Shown here in pieces: positions 21,537 to 32,000 of a DNA stretch of 32,000 nucleotides. The stretch lies in assembly GCF_020885515.1 (NCBI RefSeq), contig NZ_AP024987.1, positions 650,248-682,247 of the forward strand, in the 5' to 3' direction. The position numbers and the translations under genes were made by a program. The DNA is from a cyanobacterium endosymbiont of Braarudosphaera bigelowii. GTDB lineage: Bacteria > Cyanobacteriota > Cyanobacteriia > Cyanobacteriales > Microcystaceae. Below the pieces are notes generated by a model, which saw only the letters and a list, made by a program, of their open reading frames with translations, made no database searches and was not told the DNA's origin. Position 1 is the stretch's first letter, and each line of letters begins with the position of its first letter.

Positions 21537-22109
21537 TTACATATCTTTAGTTTTATTCTTTTTCAGCCCAATATCAGGAATAACATAAATTAATCCTGAC
21601 ACTAATGTCAAGATTACAGATATCCAAAATAATATATTACTAAAATTATCCCAGTCTTGGGGAAGAGGTGCAATAAGAAAAGCAATAGCTATTACTTGAC
21701 TAAAGGTTTTAAATTTACCCCAAATGTTAGCTTCTTTAGGACCTCTTTTGTTTTTAATACTATTAATTCGATAAAAAGTTATTGCTATCTCTCTAAATAT
21801 TATTAAGATTACTCCCCATATAGAAATTCGTTCTACTATTACTAAGCCTGACAAAGTTGAAATTATAAAAACTTTGTCCACTAAAGGATCAAGAAACTTA
21901 CCTAACTCGGTAACTTGGTTCATTTTTCTAGCTAAATATCCATCTACCCAATCTGTAGAAGCTATAGTAAGAAAAGTTACTAGACTTATCCAACGACTAA
22001 AGAAAACAGGTGTAATTAAAAAATAAAAGAGAAAAAAAACTCCTATTAAACGGCTGACAGTAATCCAATTAGGAATGTTCATTAATAATTTCTTAGAAAT
22101 ACAATACAA
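21537..22109 (-). CDS. pgsA: CDP-diacylglycerol--glycerol-3-phosphate 3-phosphatidyltransferase
   Basis: NIPNWITVSRLIGVFF, STDWVDGYLARKMNQVTELGKFLDPLVDKVF (CDP-alcohol phosphotransferase motif). Confidence 0.94.
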   Translation of the reverse strand: MYCISKKLLMNIPNWITVSRLIGVFFLFYFLITPVFFSRWISLVTFLTIASTDWVDGYLARKMNQVTELGKFLDPLVDKVFIISTLSGLVIVERISIWGVILIIFREIAITFYRINSIKNKRGPKEANIWGKFKTFSQVIAIAFLIAPLPQDWDNFSNILFWISVILTLVSGLIYVIPDIGLKKNKTKDM

Positions 22110-22122
22110 TTTATCATTTTTA

Positions 22123-23313
22123 TCAAATACCTATTTCTTGTAGCTTATCACGTAACATACTTGCTTCTGTCTGTTTATTTTGTAATTCATACAAGTCTAT
22201 AGCTTTATGAAATGCTTCAGAACTTTTAGAAATTTTCCTTAACTTAAATAAAACTACTCCTAGATTCTGATAGGTTTCAGCACAATTAGGATTTAGAGAA
22301 ATTAGCTTTTCATAGATAATTACAGAATTTGTTAAATTGCCCATAGTGCTTAAAACTATAGCAAGATTATAGTAGCCGGTTAAAAAGCTAGGATCAATTT
22401 TTAAAGTTGTTTCATAAACTCTAGCTGCATCTTTAAAACTTTTTATATTCTGTAATACAACTCCATAATTATTATACGCACCCAGCTTTAAATAATCCAT
22501 AACATCTTGAGCTACTGCCTTTTTATAATGTTTTATAGCTTGTTCGTTATTGTTCGTCTTAGCATATATATTACCTAAGTGATAATGTAGTTCAAATAAT
22601 ATGTGAGCGTTATTTGGGCTAAATTTCAAACCTTGTTTAAATAACTTAATAGCCTGCTTTTCTCTACCCGCTTGAGAATATAAGGCTCCTAACTTACTGC
22701 AAGTATATGAGTCATATGGATATTTTTTTAAAAAACTTTCCATTGCTTCTTTAGCACGAGCATGTTTGCTTAAAGATAGAATTTGACTTGGAGTATAGCC
22801 ATAATGATGGATAGAGACTATAGGAAGATCTACAACTTTCCAACGATTCTCTATTCTTAGTAACTTAGCTACGCTCTCATCTATAGAGGAATGATATGGG
22901 CGAAAAAAGGAAATACTTGAATGCTTACGAAACAGGCGAGAAACTAAAGAATAAGGTGATTGGGACGCTCCCACTTCAAAGCGTACTAAATTAATCACTA
23001 AGTTATCTTTTTGAGCAATGGATTCTTTGATTTGCGGAATAGCTTCTTTGTTCAAAATTTCATCAGCATCAAGAACTAATACCCAATCTTTGTTAACGTA
23101 TTTTAATGCTTCGTTTCGTGCTGCTGAAAAATCGTTATTCCACTCAAAGACAGGAACAGTTGCCCCGAACTTTTGAGCAACTTCTATAGTCTTATCGGTT
23201 GAACCAGTATCTAAAACTATAATTTCATCGACTAGTCCTTTAATACTATCTAGACATTTAGATAACCTTTCTTCCTCATTTTTAACAATCATGCAAAGAC
23301 TAAGTTCTGTCAT
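22123..23313 (-). CDS. Family 2 glycosyltransferase with C-terminal tetratricopeptide repeats
   Basis: LSLCMIVKNEEERLSKCLDSI, VLDTGSTDKT, LVLDADEIL; repeated TPR-like units toward the C-terminus. 13 nt upstream of pgsA. Confidence 0.88.
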   Translation of the reverse strand: MTELSLCMIVKNEEERLSKCLDSIKGLVDEIIVLDTGSTDKTIEVAQKFGATVPVFEWNNDFSAARNEALKYVNKDWVLVLDADEILNKEAIPQIKESIAQKDNLVINLVRFEVGASQSPYSLVSRLFRKHSSISFFRPYHSSIDESVAKLLRIENRWKVVDLPIVSIHHYGYTPSQILSLSKHARAKEAMESFLKKYPYDSYTCSKLGALYSQAGREKQAIKLFKQGLKFSPNNAHILFELHYHLGNIYAKTNNNEQAIKHYKKAVAQDVMDYLKLGAYNNYGVVLQNIKSFKDAARVYETTLKIDPSFLTGYYNLAIVLSTMGNLTNSVIIYEKLISLNPNCAETYQNLGVVLFKLRKISKSSEAFHKAIDLYELQNKQTEASMLRDKLQEIGI

Positions 23314-23699
23314 TTTTAATCTAAAGCTATTTTTTAATCTAATAAATTATTAGAATTCTGCAGTAAAGATCATTCCTTATATAGTATATTGTTAATAACT
23401 TAATATTGTAGTTAATAATATTAATGATGTTCAGTAGAACAGAAACAATTTAATTTCTCAATAGTATAAATTGCTTAGTATTTTAAAGAAGTAAATTTTC
23501 TTTTATAGTTTTTGAAATATTAATATTTCACTTATTTTGTTTTAAAAAATATTTCAAATAAGAGGCATTAGCACAAAGCAATGTATCCTTTTCAAATCTT
23601 TTCTTCTTACTATTTCAACATCTCAAAAATCAATAGTAGACTATTGTATATGAGTATAGTGATAATTCGCTTGCTATTAAAGTTCATATAAATTATCTT

Positions 23700-25169
23700 A
23701 TGTCATTGACTCTATTAACATCAAAGGAAATTCCTCAACTAATTTATCAACCCAACCGTGAGCACTTTGATGAAACTTGGCAAAAACCGTTGAGTATCTT
23801 ACTAGGGTTAGGAAGAGCTGCAGGAGCAGATTTTTTAGAATTTTTTTTAGAAAGGACTAACTATCTAAGTTGCTTAGCAGAAGAGGAAATTATTACAGCT
23901 ATTTCTCCCTCTTTGTCTTCTGGCGCTGGGATACGTATTTTTAAAGGGAAAGCTGATTGCTATGTAAGTACTAATAATATCTCATTTAAAGGCCTCAGAG
24001 TAGCCTTGGAAAAAGGGTTATCTATTTTAGGCTTAAGTTTACCCTCTTCTAATGCTTATGTTTCAGAAGTAAATTTAGAGTTATTAAGAGATTACACTAT
24101 AAGTAAGCAAAAAGAATCATGGCTACTAAAATGTATTCCAGTTGAGGAAATACAACAAATTTTACTTTCAGCAAACCAGGCTATTACTGACAAGGTCAAT
24201 CATATTCAATCTCGTCGTTCTACTTATTTTAGAAATTGGCAAGAAGTTTTAGTTGCTTCTAGTGATGGTACCTTTGCTAGAGATATTCGTCTTACTCAAT
24301 CTGTTGGCTACTCTTTATTTTGTGCAGACAGAGAGCATCGTAGCTCAATAAATAAACGTTTTGGTGATACTAGTAATATTAATTTTTTAAGGGAGTGGAA
24401 TTATGAAAATGCATCAGAGGAAATTGCAGAATCTGCTGGAAGAATGTTACACGCTGATTTTGTTGAATCAGGTAATTATCCTATAGTTATGGCTAATAAG
24501 TTTGGTGGAGTAATTTTCCATGAGGCTTGTGGACATCTTTTGGAAACTACCCAAATAGAAGCTCATACAACTCCTTTTATAGATAAAAAGGGACACAAAA
24601 TTGCTCATGAAAATTTAACGGCTTGGGACGAAGGAGTATCGGATAAAGCTTTTGGAAGTATTGATATGGATGATGAAGGAATGCCTTCTCAAAGAACTCT
24701 TTTAATAGAAAATGGTATTCTAAAAAACTTTTTATCTGATCGTGCTGGTTATCTTCGCACTGGTTTTCCTCGTACAGGTAGTGGAAGACGCCAAAGCTAT
24801 GCCTATGCTCCAGCATCTCGAATGCGTAATACATATATCGCTCCTGGTAATTATTCTACAAATGATATTTTTGCTTCTATAGATAAAGGAATTTACTGTA
24901 AACAAATGGGTGGTGGTAGTGTTGGAGTTACAGGCGAGTTCAATTTTTGCGTTTCTGAAGGATATCTAATTGAAAAAGGAAAATTAACAAAACCTTTGAA
25001 AGGAGCAACTTTAATTGGAATAGCTCAAAATATAATGAACGAAATTTCAATGTGTTCACAAGATTTAGAGTATGCTCCAGGATTTTGTGGTTCTACAAGT
25101 GGTAGTATATATGTCACTGTTGGTCAGCCACACATTAAAGTTGATAAGATTACCGTAGGTGGTCGCTAA
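23700..25169 (+). CDS. tldD: TldD family metalloprotease component
   Basis: [15 protein letters not shown] metal-binding motif, [33 protein letters not shown]. Confidence 0.9.
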   Translation: MSLTLLTSKEIPQLIYQPNREHFDETWQKPLSILLGLGRAAGADFLEFFLERTNYLSCLAEEEIITAISPSLSSGAGIRIFKGKADCYVSTNNISFKGLRVALEKGLSILGLSLPSSNAYVSEVNLELLRDYTISKQKESWLLKCIPVEEIQQILLSANQAITDKVNHIQSRRSTYFRNWQEVLVASSDGTFARDIRLTQSVGYSLFCADREHRSSINKRFGDTSNINFLREWNYENASEEIAESAGRMLHADFVESGNYPIVMANKFGGVIFHEACGHLLETTQIEAHTTPFIDKKGHKIAHENLTAWDEGVSDKAFGSIDMDDEGMPSQRTLLIENGILKNFLSDRAGYLRTGFPRTGSGRRQSYAYAPASRMRNTYIAPGNYSTNDIFASIDKGIYCKQMGGGSVGVTGEFNFCVSEGYLIEKGKLTKPLKGATLIGIAQNIMNEISMCSQDLEYAPGFCGSTSGSIYVTVGQPHIKVDKITVGGR

Positions 25170-25486
25170 CTCTGTAAACTTTAATCAGCATACATCGCAT
25201 AAAACATATTTGTAAAAAGCAATTATCATAATTAAGTATTATTTTAAGTAATCAAACATAATTTATCAGCTGTATGCTTAATTTATTTAAAAAGATAATG
25301 TCTGCAGTAAATATCTTATGTTTATTAATCTACATATTACCGATTTGAATGTTTAACAAGCGTACGTAAGATTAAAAATGTAATCAATAAATATAGTTTA
25401 AAACTATCGAATATCATCAATGATTAAATATTGAATTTTCTAAAAATTAATAACTGAAAAGTGAAATATATTTTAGATTTAAAACT

Positions 25487-26971
25487 ATGAACTCATCTAA
25501 CACCACAAAAATTGAATATGCTGATGTTGTTATTGTCGGCGGTGGTATAGCTGGAATAGCAACTGCAGAATTTTTAGCTCGTCACAGTAATTTATCTATC
25601 AAGCTTTTAGAAAAAGCTTCTCACCTAGGAACTGCATCGTCAGGAAAATTGGAAGGATGGTATCATACCGGAGCACTATATTCTGGACAAGATGATGCAC
25701 AAACATTTATTAACTGTGTAAATGGAGTTGAAGATTTAATTAATTTTTACACCCCATATTTTGTTTCTCAGTGTAATATCAACTTGTCAGAAAGAAAGAC
25801 TGGTTTCTTTACACCTTCAATTATGCCTAGATCAGGCGGTTGGTTTAACAATTCTCCAGTTTATTTAATTCATCCTCAACTTAACTCTCCGGAAATTCAC
25901 CTCTCTCGTCTTAAAAGTGATCTAACACATATTAATAACCAAAAAGAGAGAGTCATAGGGAGACTAGAAGCTGCTTATGGAGAACAGCATAATTGGTTGG
26001 TTGATAACAAATGTACTGCTCCAACCTATGCTCAAGTTGAAAGCAATGAAGGAATAGAATCTTCTTTAAAACAATCAACAGCTACTATTCGCAATCTTTG
26101 TAATAAATTTAACTTGTCCTATGGAATAAACACTAATACTTATGACTATATTAAAACTTTAGATTGTTCTATGAATACCAATAAAATTTTGAGGGATCTA
26201 GTATCTAGTTCTCTTAGGCATGGTGTAGATTTTGAAGCAGGAATTAAAATTGAAAAATTGTCAATTGATAATTATGGCCCTATTCGATTAAAAAGCTTAT
26301 TATGTGAGACTAGAAAAGGATTATTAAAAAAATTTAAGGCGCGATTATTTATTTTTGCTGTTGGTAATGGATTTGAACCTTTCTTACGGGATTTGCAGAT
26401 TAGAGCAAGATTAAAACGTAATAAAAGTGCTATGGTAGTTGCTGTTCCTCCTCTTACTGATGTAAATTTTTTTAGAATGTCTACTAAGAATCATTTTCAT
26501 TTCAATCATTTTTTCCGACAACCAAATACTAGTAGTCAAGCATACTCGATATTAGCCAATTCTGGTTACATTAATAATGAAACAAATTATGAGATCGATA
26601 CTGATCCGATTTTAGAGGCAGCGGAACGTTATTTTGGTAATACGAATTTGTATAATAGAGAATTATATAGCTATGAATGTACGAAAACTGAATTTGTTAG
26701 TGAAGAAGAGCAGAAACGACGTTATAGTTATTGGATTGAATCCAGGCCAAATAGCAACTATATGTGTATCTTACCAGGCAAATTTTCTTTTTTCCCCACT
26801 GTAGCTTACCAAGCTTATCAAAGGATTAGAACCTTATTGGATTTTCAAGAAATAAAACCTCAATTAAAATTTCAATCTACCAATGATATTGAAGTTAAAG
26901 TTAGTAGTTTAGTAGCTAATTCATATTCTTTTCAAATCTCTACAAACAACCATTCCTCTACTATCAAATAG
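25487..26971 (+). CDS. FAD-dependent oxidoreductase (DAO-like)
   Basis: ADVVIVGGGIAGIATAEFLARH Rossmann motif, LGTASSGKLEGWYHTGALY, RLFIFAVGNGFEPFL-like second FAD-binding region. Confidence 0.75.
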   Translation: MNSSNTTKIEYADVVIVGGGIAGIATAEFLARHSNLSIKLLEKASHLGTASSGKLEGWYHTGALYSGQDDAQTFINCVNGVEDLINFYTPYFVSQCNINLSERKTGFFTPSIMPRSGGWFNNSPVYLIHPQLNSPEIHLSRLKSDLTHINNQKERVIGRLEAAYGEQHNWLVDNKCTAPTYAQVESNEGIESSLKQSTATIRNLCNKFNLSYGINTNTYDYIKTLDCSMNTNKILRDLVSSSLRHGVDFEAGIKIEKLSIDNYGPIRLKSLLCETRKGLLKKFKARLFIFAVGNGFEPFLRDLQIRARLKRNKSAMVVAVPPLTDVNFFRMSTKNHFHFNHFFRQPNTSSQAYSILANSGYINNETNYEIDTDPILEAAERYFGNTNLYNRELYSYECTKTEFVSEEEQKRRYSYWIESRPNSNYMCILPGKFSFFPTVAYQAYQRIRTLLDFQEIKPQLKFQSTNDIEVKVSSLVANSYSFQISTNNHSSTIK

Positions 26972-27263
26972 TAGTAAAAATAATCTTATAAAGAATTTAT
27001 ATATCAAATTTAAAATACTTTCCCTTTTTTAGGATAAGAAGTAGTATATTTTGGTATTTTCATTATCATATATACAGTACTTAATGTAAATTTGTCATAT
27101 ATGGAACATTAATAACCTAGGGTATACAAAGTATTATTTACTATACTACTAAGTTATTTTTAAATAAGTATTTCTAAATTAGGTATATGAAAGGTATAAC
27201 TTTAATTATTATTTCTTGACTCAAAATTATAGGTTCAATAAATAATTTTTATAGATAATCACT

Positions 27264-28118
27264 ATGATAGACAAAAAAAAATTAAACTCAGGAACTTTAT
27301 ATGTGGTAGGGACACCTATAGGTAATTTAGAAGATATAACATTACGAGCAATTAGGGTTCTAAAATCAGCTGATTTAATTGCAGCGGAAGATACTCGTCA
27401 TACCGCTAAACTTCTAAATTATTTCAAAATAACTACTCCTAAAATTAGTTATCATCAACATAATTATGTAATTCGTCAAGATGAATTAGTAAGTAAATTA
27501 GAACAAGGAAATATAATTGCTTTAGTAAGCGATGCTGGGATGCCAGGTATCTCTGATCCCGGTTATGATTTAATATGCTCATGTATTATTAAGAATATTC
27601 CTGTAGTTCCAGTTCCCGGCCCTACAGCAGTTATTACGGCTCTTATAACTTCAGGATTACCTAGTGATCGTTTTGTTTTTGAGGGTTTCTTACCTATCAA
27701 AGCTCAAGCAAGACAAGAACGACTTAACTTGTTAAAAAAAGAAAGTCGTACAATCATTATTTATGAATCTCCCCATCGCTTGTTAAAAACTTTAATTAAT
27801 TTTATAGAAATATTTGGTGACGATCATAGAATCACTATAGGAAGGGAGTTGACTAAGTATTATGAAGAATTTTGGAGAGGCAATTTAAAAGAAGCTGTAT
27901 TACATTACAAAGAAGTTAAGAATATTAAGGGAGAATTTACATTAGTTTTATCTGGCTGTTCTCAAAATAACTTATTAGATTTAAATATCGAACAGGTAAA
28001 ATGTGAGTTCCTAAAATTATTGGATAAAGGAATGACGAGATCTCAGGCAAGCAAGTATTTAGCTACAACAGTAAATTTTTCTCGTCGTCAAATTTATGAA
28101 ATGTCTTTAAGTGACTAA
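27264..28118 (+). CDS. rsmI: 16S rRNA (cytidine(1402)-2'-O)-methyltransferase
   Basis: GTLYVVGTPIGNLEDITLRAIRVLKSADLIAAEDTRHT, ALVSDAGMPGISDPG, GPTAVITALITSGL. Confidence 0.96.
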   Translation: MIDKKKLNSGTLYVVGTPIGNLEDITLRAIRVLKSADLIAAEDTRHTAKLLNYFKITTPKISYHQHNYVIRQDELVSKLEQGNIIALVSDAGMPGISDPGYDLICSCIIKNIPVVPVPGPTAVITALITSGLPSDRFVFEGFLPIKAQARQERLNLLKKESRTIIIYESPHRLLKTLINFIEIFGDDHRITIGRELTKYYEEFWRGNLKEAVLHYKEVKNIKGEFTLVLSGCSQNNLLDLNIEQVKCEFLKLLDKGMTRSQASKYLATTVNFSRRQIYEMSLSD

Positions 28119-28248
28119 TACGTATCAATATTTCTATTATGATGATAGTTATAGAAACTAATTATTAATAAAATTTATAAGATTCTAATATGTATAATTT
28201 ATGATAGTTCATATATAGTCTTGTTTTTACAAGAAAATAGAAAAAACT

Positions 28249-29255
28249 ATGATTTATATATCTTCCGAGCTTAAAAAAAAATATCTTCTCCATTAAAGAT
28301 AGGATCGTTGAGTCTTAACAGCAGAGTTTTACAATCACCTTTAGCTGGAGTAACAGATTTAGTATTTCGTAAGTTAGTTCGACGTTATTCTCCTAAATCT
28401 ATGATTTATACCGAAATGATCAATGCAACAGAACTATGTCATTTAGGAAGAACGCAACAACTTATTAATATCGAGATTGAACAAAAGCCAATCGGAATAC
28501 AAATATTTGATTCTCGTTACCACTTTATGGTGGAAGCTGCTAAAAGAATAGAAATTCAGGGTGCACAAGTAATTGATATAAATATGGGATGTCCAGTTAA
28601 TAAGATTACGAAGAAAGGAGGAGGATCTTCATTATTAAAGCAGCCAAAAACAGCCAAAAAAATTATTTCTGAAATTGCGAAAGCAGTAAAAATACCTGTT
28701 ACTGTAAAGACAAGAATTGGCTGGAACGATAATACAATTAACATATTAGATTTCGCAAAAATGATGGAAGATGCTGGAGCTTGCATGTTAACCATTCATG
28801 CAAGAACTAGAAATCAGGGATATACTGGAACTCCTTATTGGCAATGGATCAGAAAGATTAAAGAAAACTTACTTATTCCAATCATAGCGAACGGAAATAT
28901 TTTTTCTGTTGAAGATGCAGTGAAATGCTTAGAAATGACAAATGCAGATGGAGTTATGTGTTCTAGAGGAACCTTAGGTTATCCATTCCTCGTAGGAGAA
29001 ATCGATCATTTTTTTAAAACAGGTCGTTCCTTTGCTACAATAACTCCTCAACAAAGATTGGGATGTGCCAAAGAACACCTACAAGAGCTTTGGGAACACA
29101 AAGGTAATCAAGGCATTTATCAAGGGAGAAAACATCTTCTCTGGTATTGCCAAGGATTCCCTGGTGCACCAGAATTAAGGAAAGAAATTATAAAAATTCA
29201 AAATATAGAGGAAGGATATAAGTTGTTAGATAAAAGTATTGAGTTATGTCTATAA
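28249..29255 (+). CDS. dusB: tRNA-dihydrouridine synthase (DusB/NifR3-like); first about 20 codons lie in a different frame, joined at an A9 tract
   Basis: Main frame from 28308: RVLQSPLAGVTDLVFRKLVRRY, DINMGCPVNKITKKGGGSSLL, DGVMCSRGTLGYPFLVGE. ATG 28249 encodes MIYISSELKKK in a second frame; see findings. The start is unresolved. Confidence 0.85.
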
Positions 29256-29668
29256 AAAGATTCTATTTGAGACCTAGTCAAGTTATAACTTTTTTATAAG
29301 ACAAGTACTGTCTAATAGTATTAGTTCTATAGAGCTTTCAAAAAATTTGCTATGTATAAAAATTAGGTGATTTATCTTGTCTGAGAAACTTTTCAACATA
29401 TTTGAAAATTATATGGCAGTATTAAAAATCATGTTGATTTTGAGCGTTAATAATTTAAAAAGAATTATCACAATTTTTCTCAAACATAATTAAATGAAAA
29501 ATAACTTTTTAATAAAAGTTATTTTTCATTTAATTTCAGTAGATAATTCAAAAAAATGCTATATTAATGTGAGTATTTACTTTTAAAATTTTCGAATTTC
29601 TATTTATATATACATATATTAAAAATAGAACTTATTACCTATTAACTATTTGTCCGGATCCTCCAAAC

Positions 29669-31303
29669 GTGACTACTCAAATTCCTTTTATTACCAACGA
29701 CTCAGAAACTTCTCCAGCAAATGTTTCGAGTGACTGCTTTAATCGTAATCATCAAATGATAGTAATTCTTGATTTTGGTTCTCAATATTCAGAATTAATC
29801 GCACGTCGGATTCGAGAGACACACGTTTACTCTGAGGTTATATCCTATCAAACTGATATAAAAAAAATATACGAACTTAATCCGAAAGGAATTATCCTTT
29901 CAGGAGGGCCTAGTTCAGTTTATAGCGATTTTTCTCCACAATGTGATAAAAAAATATGGGACCTCGGCATTCCTATCCTAGGTATTTGTTATGGGATGCA
30001 GCTGATGGTACAACAGCTTGGAGGACAGGTTGAAAAAGCAGAGTATGGAGAATATGGCAAGGCATTGTTAAAAATAGATGATCCGACAGATCTATTTACT
30101 AACTTGGAGGATAGTTCTACTATGTGGATGAGTCATGGAGATTCATCCACCAAACTACCTGAGGGATTTTCTATCCTAGCCCATACAGATAACACACCAT
30201 GTGCTGCTATTGCTAATCATGATAAAAAACTTTTTGGGGTCCAGTTCCACCCAGAAGTTGTTCATTCTGTAGGAGGAGTTGTAATTATACGTAATTTTGT
30301 TTATCACATTTGTGGATGTGAGCCTACATGGACTACAAAAGCCTTTGTTGATGAAACAATTAATGACATTCGTAAAAAAGTTAAAGATAAGAAAGTATTG
30401 CTAGCCTTGTCTGGAGGAGTAGATTCTTCAACATTAGCCTTTTTACTACATCAAGCGATTGGTAGCAATTTAACTTGTATGTTTATTGACCAAGGTTTTA
30501 TGAGAAAGGAAGAACCAGAACGTCTGGTAGATATATTTAGCAAACAATTCCATATCCCTGTTGAATACGTAAATGCGAGAGAACGTTTTATAAAGAAACT
30601 AGAAGGAATTGTTGATCCTGAGAAAAAACGTCATCTTATTGGTCATGAATTTATACAAGTATTTGAAGAAGAATCTCAGCGTCTTGGTCCTTTCGATTAC
30701 TTAGCACAAGGGACACTTTACCCTGATGTGATAGAATCTGCAGATATCAATGCTACTCCTAATGCAGGTGAAAGAGTTGCTGTTAAAATTAAAAGTCATC
30801 ACAATGTTGGAGGATTACCTAAGAATTTAAGATTTAAACTAGTGGAGCCCTTACGCAAATTATTTAAAGATGAAGTCCGAAAAGTCGGTCAGTCTATTGG
30901 CTTGCCAGAAGAGATTGTGCGACGTCATCCTTTTCCTGGACCAGGACTAGCTATTCGTATAATCGGGGAAGTTACTCGAGAACGTTTAAATATATTAAGA
31001 GATGCAGATTATATCGTAAGAGATGAGATAAGTAAGCAAGGCGCATATCACGATTTTTGGCAAGCATTTGCTGTATTGCTACCTATTCGGAGCGTTGGAG
31101 TAATGGGAGATAAACGTACTTATTCTCATCCAATAGTATTACGTCTTATTACTAGTGAGGATGGCATGACTGCAGACTGGGCAAGAGTTCCTTATGAACT
31201 TTTAGAAGTTATTTCTAATCGTATTGTTAATGAGGTAAGAGAAGTGAACCGTGTAGTTTACGATATAACTTCTAAGCCTCCAGGAACTATTGAATGGGAA
31301 TAA
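29669..31303 (+). CDS. guaA: GMP synthase (glutamine-hydrolyzing)
   Basis: [62 protein letters not shown]. Starts with GTG at 29669. Confidence 0.98.
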   Translation: MTTQIPFITNDSETSPANVSSDCFNRNHQMIVILDFGSQYSELIARRIRETHVYSEVISYQTDIKKIYELNPKGIILSGGPSSVYSDFSPQCDKKIWDLGIPILGICYGMQLMVQQLGGQVEKAEYGEYGKALLKIDDPTDLFTNLEDSSTMWMSHGDSSTKLPEGFSILAHTDNTPCAAIANHDKKLFGVQFHPEVVHSVGGVVIIRNFVYHICGCEPTWTTKAFVDETINDIRKKVKDKKVLLALSGGVDSSTLAFLLHQAIGSNLTCMFIDQGFMRKEEPERLVDIFSKQFHIPVEYVNARERFIKKLEGIVDPEKKRHLIGHEFIQVFEEESQRLGPFDYLAQGTLYPDVIESADINATPNAGERVAVKIKSHHNVGGLPKNLRFKLVEPLRKLFKDEVRKVGQSIGLPEEIVRRHPFPGPGLAIRIIGEVTRERLNILRDADYIVRDEISKQGAYHDFWQAFAVLLPIRSVGVMGDKRTYSHPIVLRLITSEDGMTADWARVPYELLEVISNRIVNEVREVNRVVYDITSKPPGTIEWE

Positions 31304-31362
31304 TTATGAAAACTAAGCCATAATATTTATTAAAATGTTATGGCTTAGTTTTCATAATTATT
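31299..31362. terminator. Very strong bidirectional hairpin between convergent guaA and vipp1/pspA
   Basis: Perfect 25-bp inverted repeat: 31299-31323 aataattatgaaaactaagccataa / 31338-31362 ttatggcttagttttcataattatt. Confidence 0.85.
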
Positions 31363-31494
31363 AAAAATAAGTTACTTCAAGAATTATTTTATGTGAAAAA
31401 TCTTGAGGCTAGTATTTTTATATATTCTTTTAAATTTTGTCGCTTTTAATCTCCAGTTAATTAATTCTTTTTCAAAAGATCAAATCACTAATAG

Positions 31495-32000
31495 CTACAT
31501 ATTATTTAATTCTCGTTTAAGTTTTTCTAATTCCTCATCATCAGTGATTTGATCTTTTGAAGAAGAATCATTATCTTCGATTGATTCAGGTAAAATACCT
31601 TTTGAAGGACTAGAACCAGATATTTGAGATTTTAACATTGCCAATTCTTCATCTACTTCGCTACCAGCTTCTAGTTGAGCGAATTGTCCTTCTACTCCAG
31701 CTGCTGCTAGTTCTCCAATAGATTGGGATTGAGCCTCCATATCCAAGACTTTATTCTCCATACGTTCAAAGGCAGACATAGAAGTACTTGTATCTAATCC
31801 GCTCATCGTTTTTTGTAAAGATTGAGTAGCTTTTGCTGCTTTTGAACGAGCAATCAGAATATTTTTTTTAGTTTTAGCTTCTCCAATTTTACTCTCTAGA
31901 GTCGCTAAATTGTGACGCATTGTTTCAAGTTGAGTATTTTGTTGATTAAGCTGTTCATTGAGAGTTAAAGCAGTTTCAGAGTAAGATTTTTTACGGACTA
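31495..32000 (-). CDS. vipp1: PspA/IM30 family protein, Vipp1-like (5' end beyond window)
   Basis: Frame stays open past the track's M at 31920 to the edge (VRKKSYSETALTLNEQLNQQNTQLETMRHNL...). Has the C-terminal tail SEVDEELAMLKSQI...DDEELEKLKRELNNM. Confidence 0.85.
   Translation of the reverse strand, partial: VRKKSYSETALTLNEQLNQQNTQLETMRHNLATLESKIGEAKTKKNILIARSKAAKATQSLQKTMSGLDTSTSMSAFERMENKVLDMEAQSQSIGELAAAGVEGQFAQLEAGSEVDEELAMLKSQISGSSPSKGILPESIEDNDSSSKDQITDDEELEKLKRELNNM

Noticed and set aside
24577-24834. Minus-strand ORF
   Set aside because: Antisense shadow of tldD.
28273-28281. Calling dusB a pseudogene outright
   Set aside because: The rest of the 300+ codon frame is intact with all family motifs, so a single homopolymer discrepancy is weak evidence of loss. 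It is reported instead as a slippage or sequencing question.
28556-28795. Minus-strand ORF
   Set aside because: Antisense shadow of dusB.

Overview
AT-rich cyanobacterial chromosomal segment of about 27 protein genes, roughly 78% coding by my sum of the supported CDSs. It is housekeeping and photosynthesis content: nadK (5' end), psaD, rpl25, atpB/atpE, tadA, polA, riboflavin synthase, a C5 cytosine methyltransferase, a ctp protease, glyQ, ffh, yidD, pgsA, tldD, rsmI, dusB, guaA and vipp1/pspA. Long AT-rich gaps and streamlined content fit a reduced-genome cyanobacterium, possibly a symbiotic diazotroph lineage such as UCYN-A; that placement is inference. I saw no mobile element, CRISPR array, tRNA, rRNA or phage/defence cluster. 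I found no convincing new multigene system. The best leads are: (1) dusB looks split by a frame change at an A9 homopolymer, where adding one A restores a full-length N-terminus; (2) an unannotated small-RNA candidate at about 4880-4958 with a perfect TATAAT box and an intrinsic terminator; (3) a GIY-YIG-like protein that appears to lack its catalytic arginine; (4) several perfect inverted repeats of 14-25 bp, including one inside the atpE coding end and one overlapping the guaA stop codon; (5) a Cas4/AddB-like nuclease with a predicted Fe-S cysteine set and no associated system; and (6) a solitary, intact C5 methyltransferase.
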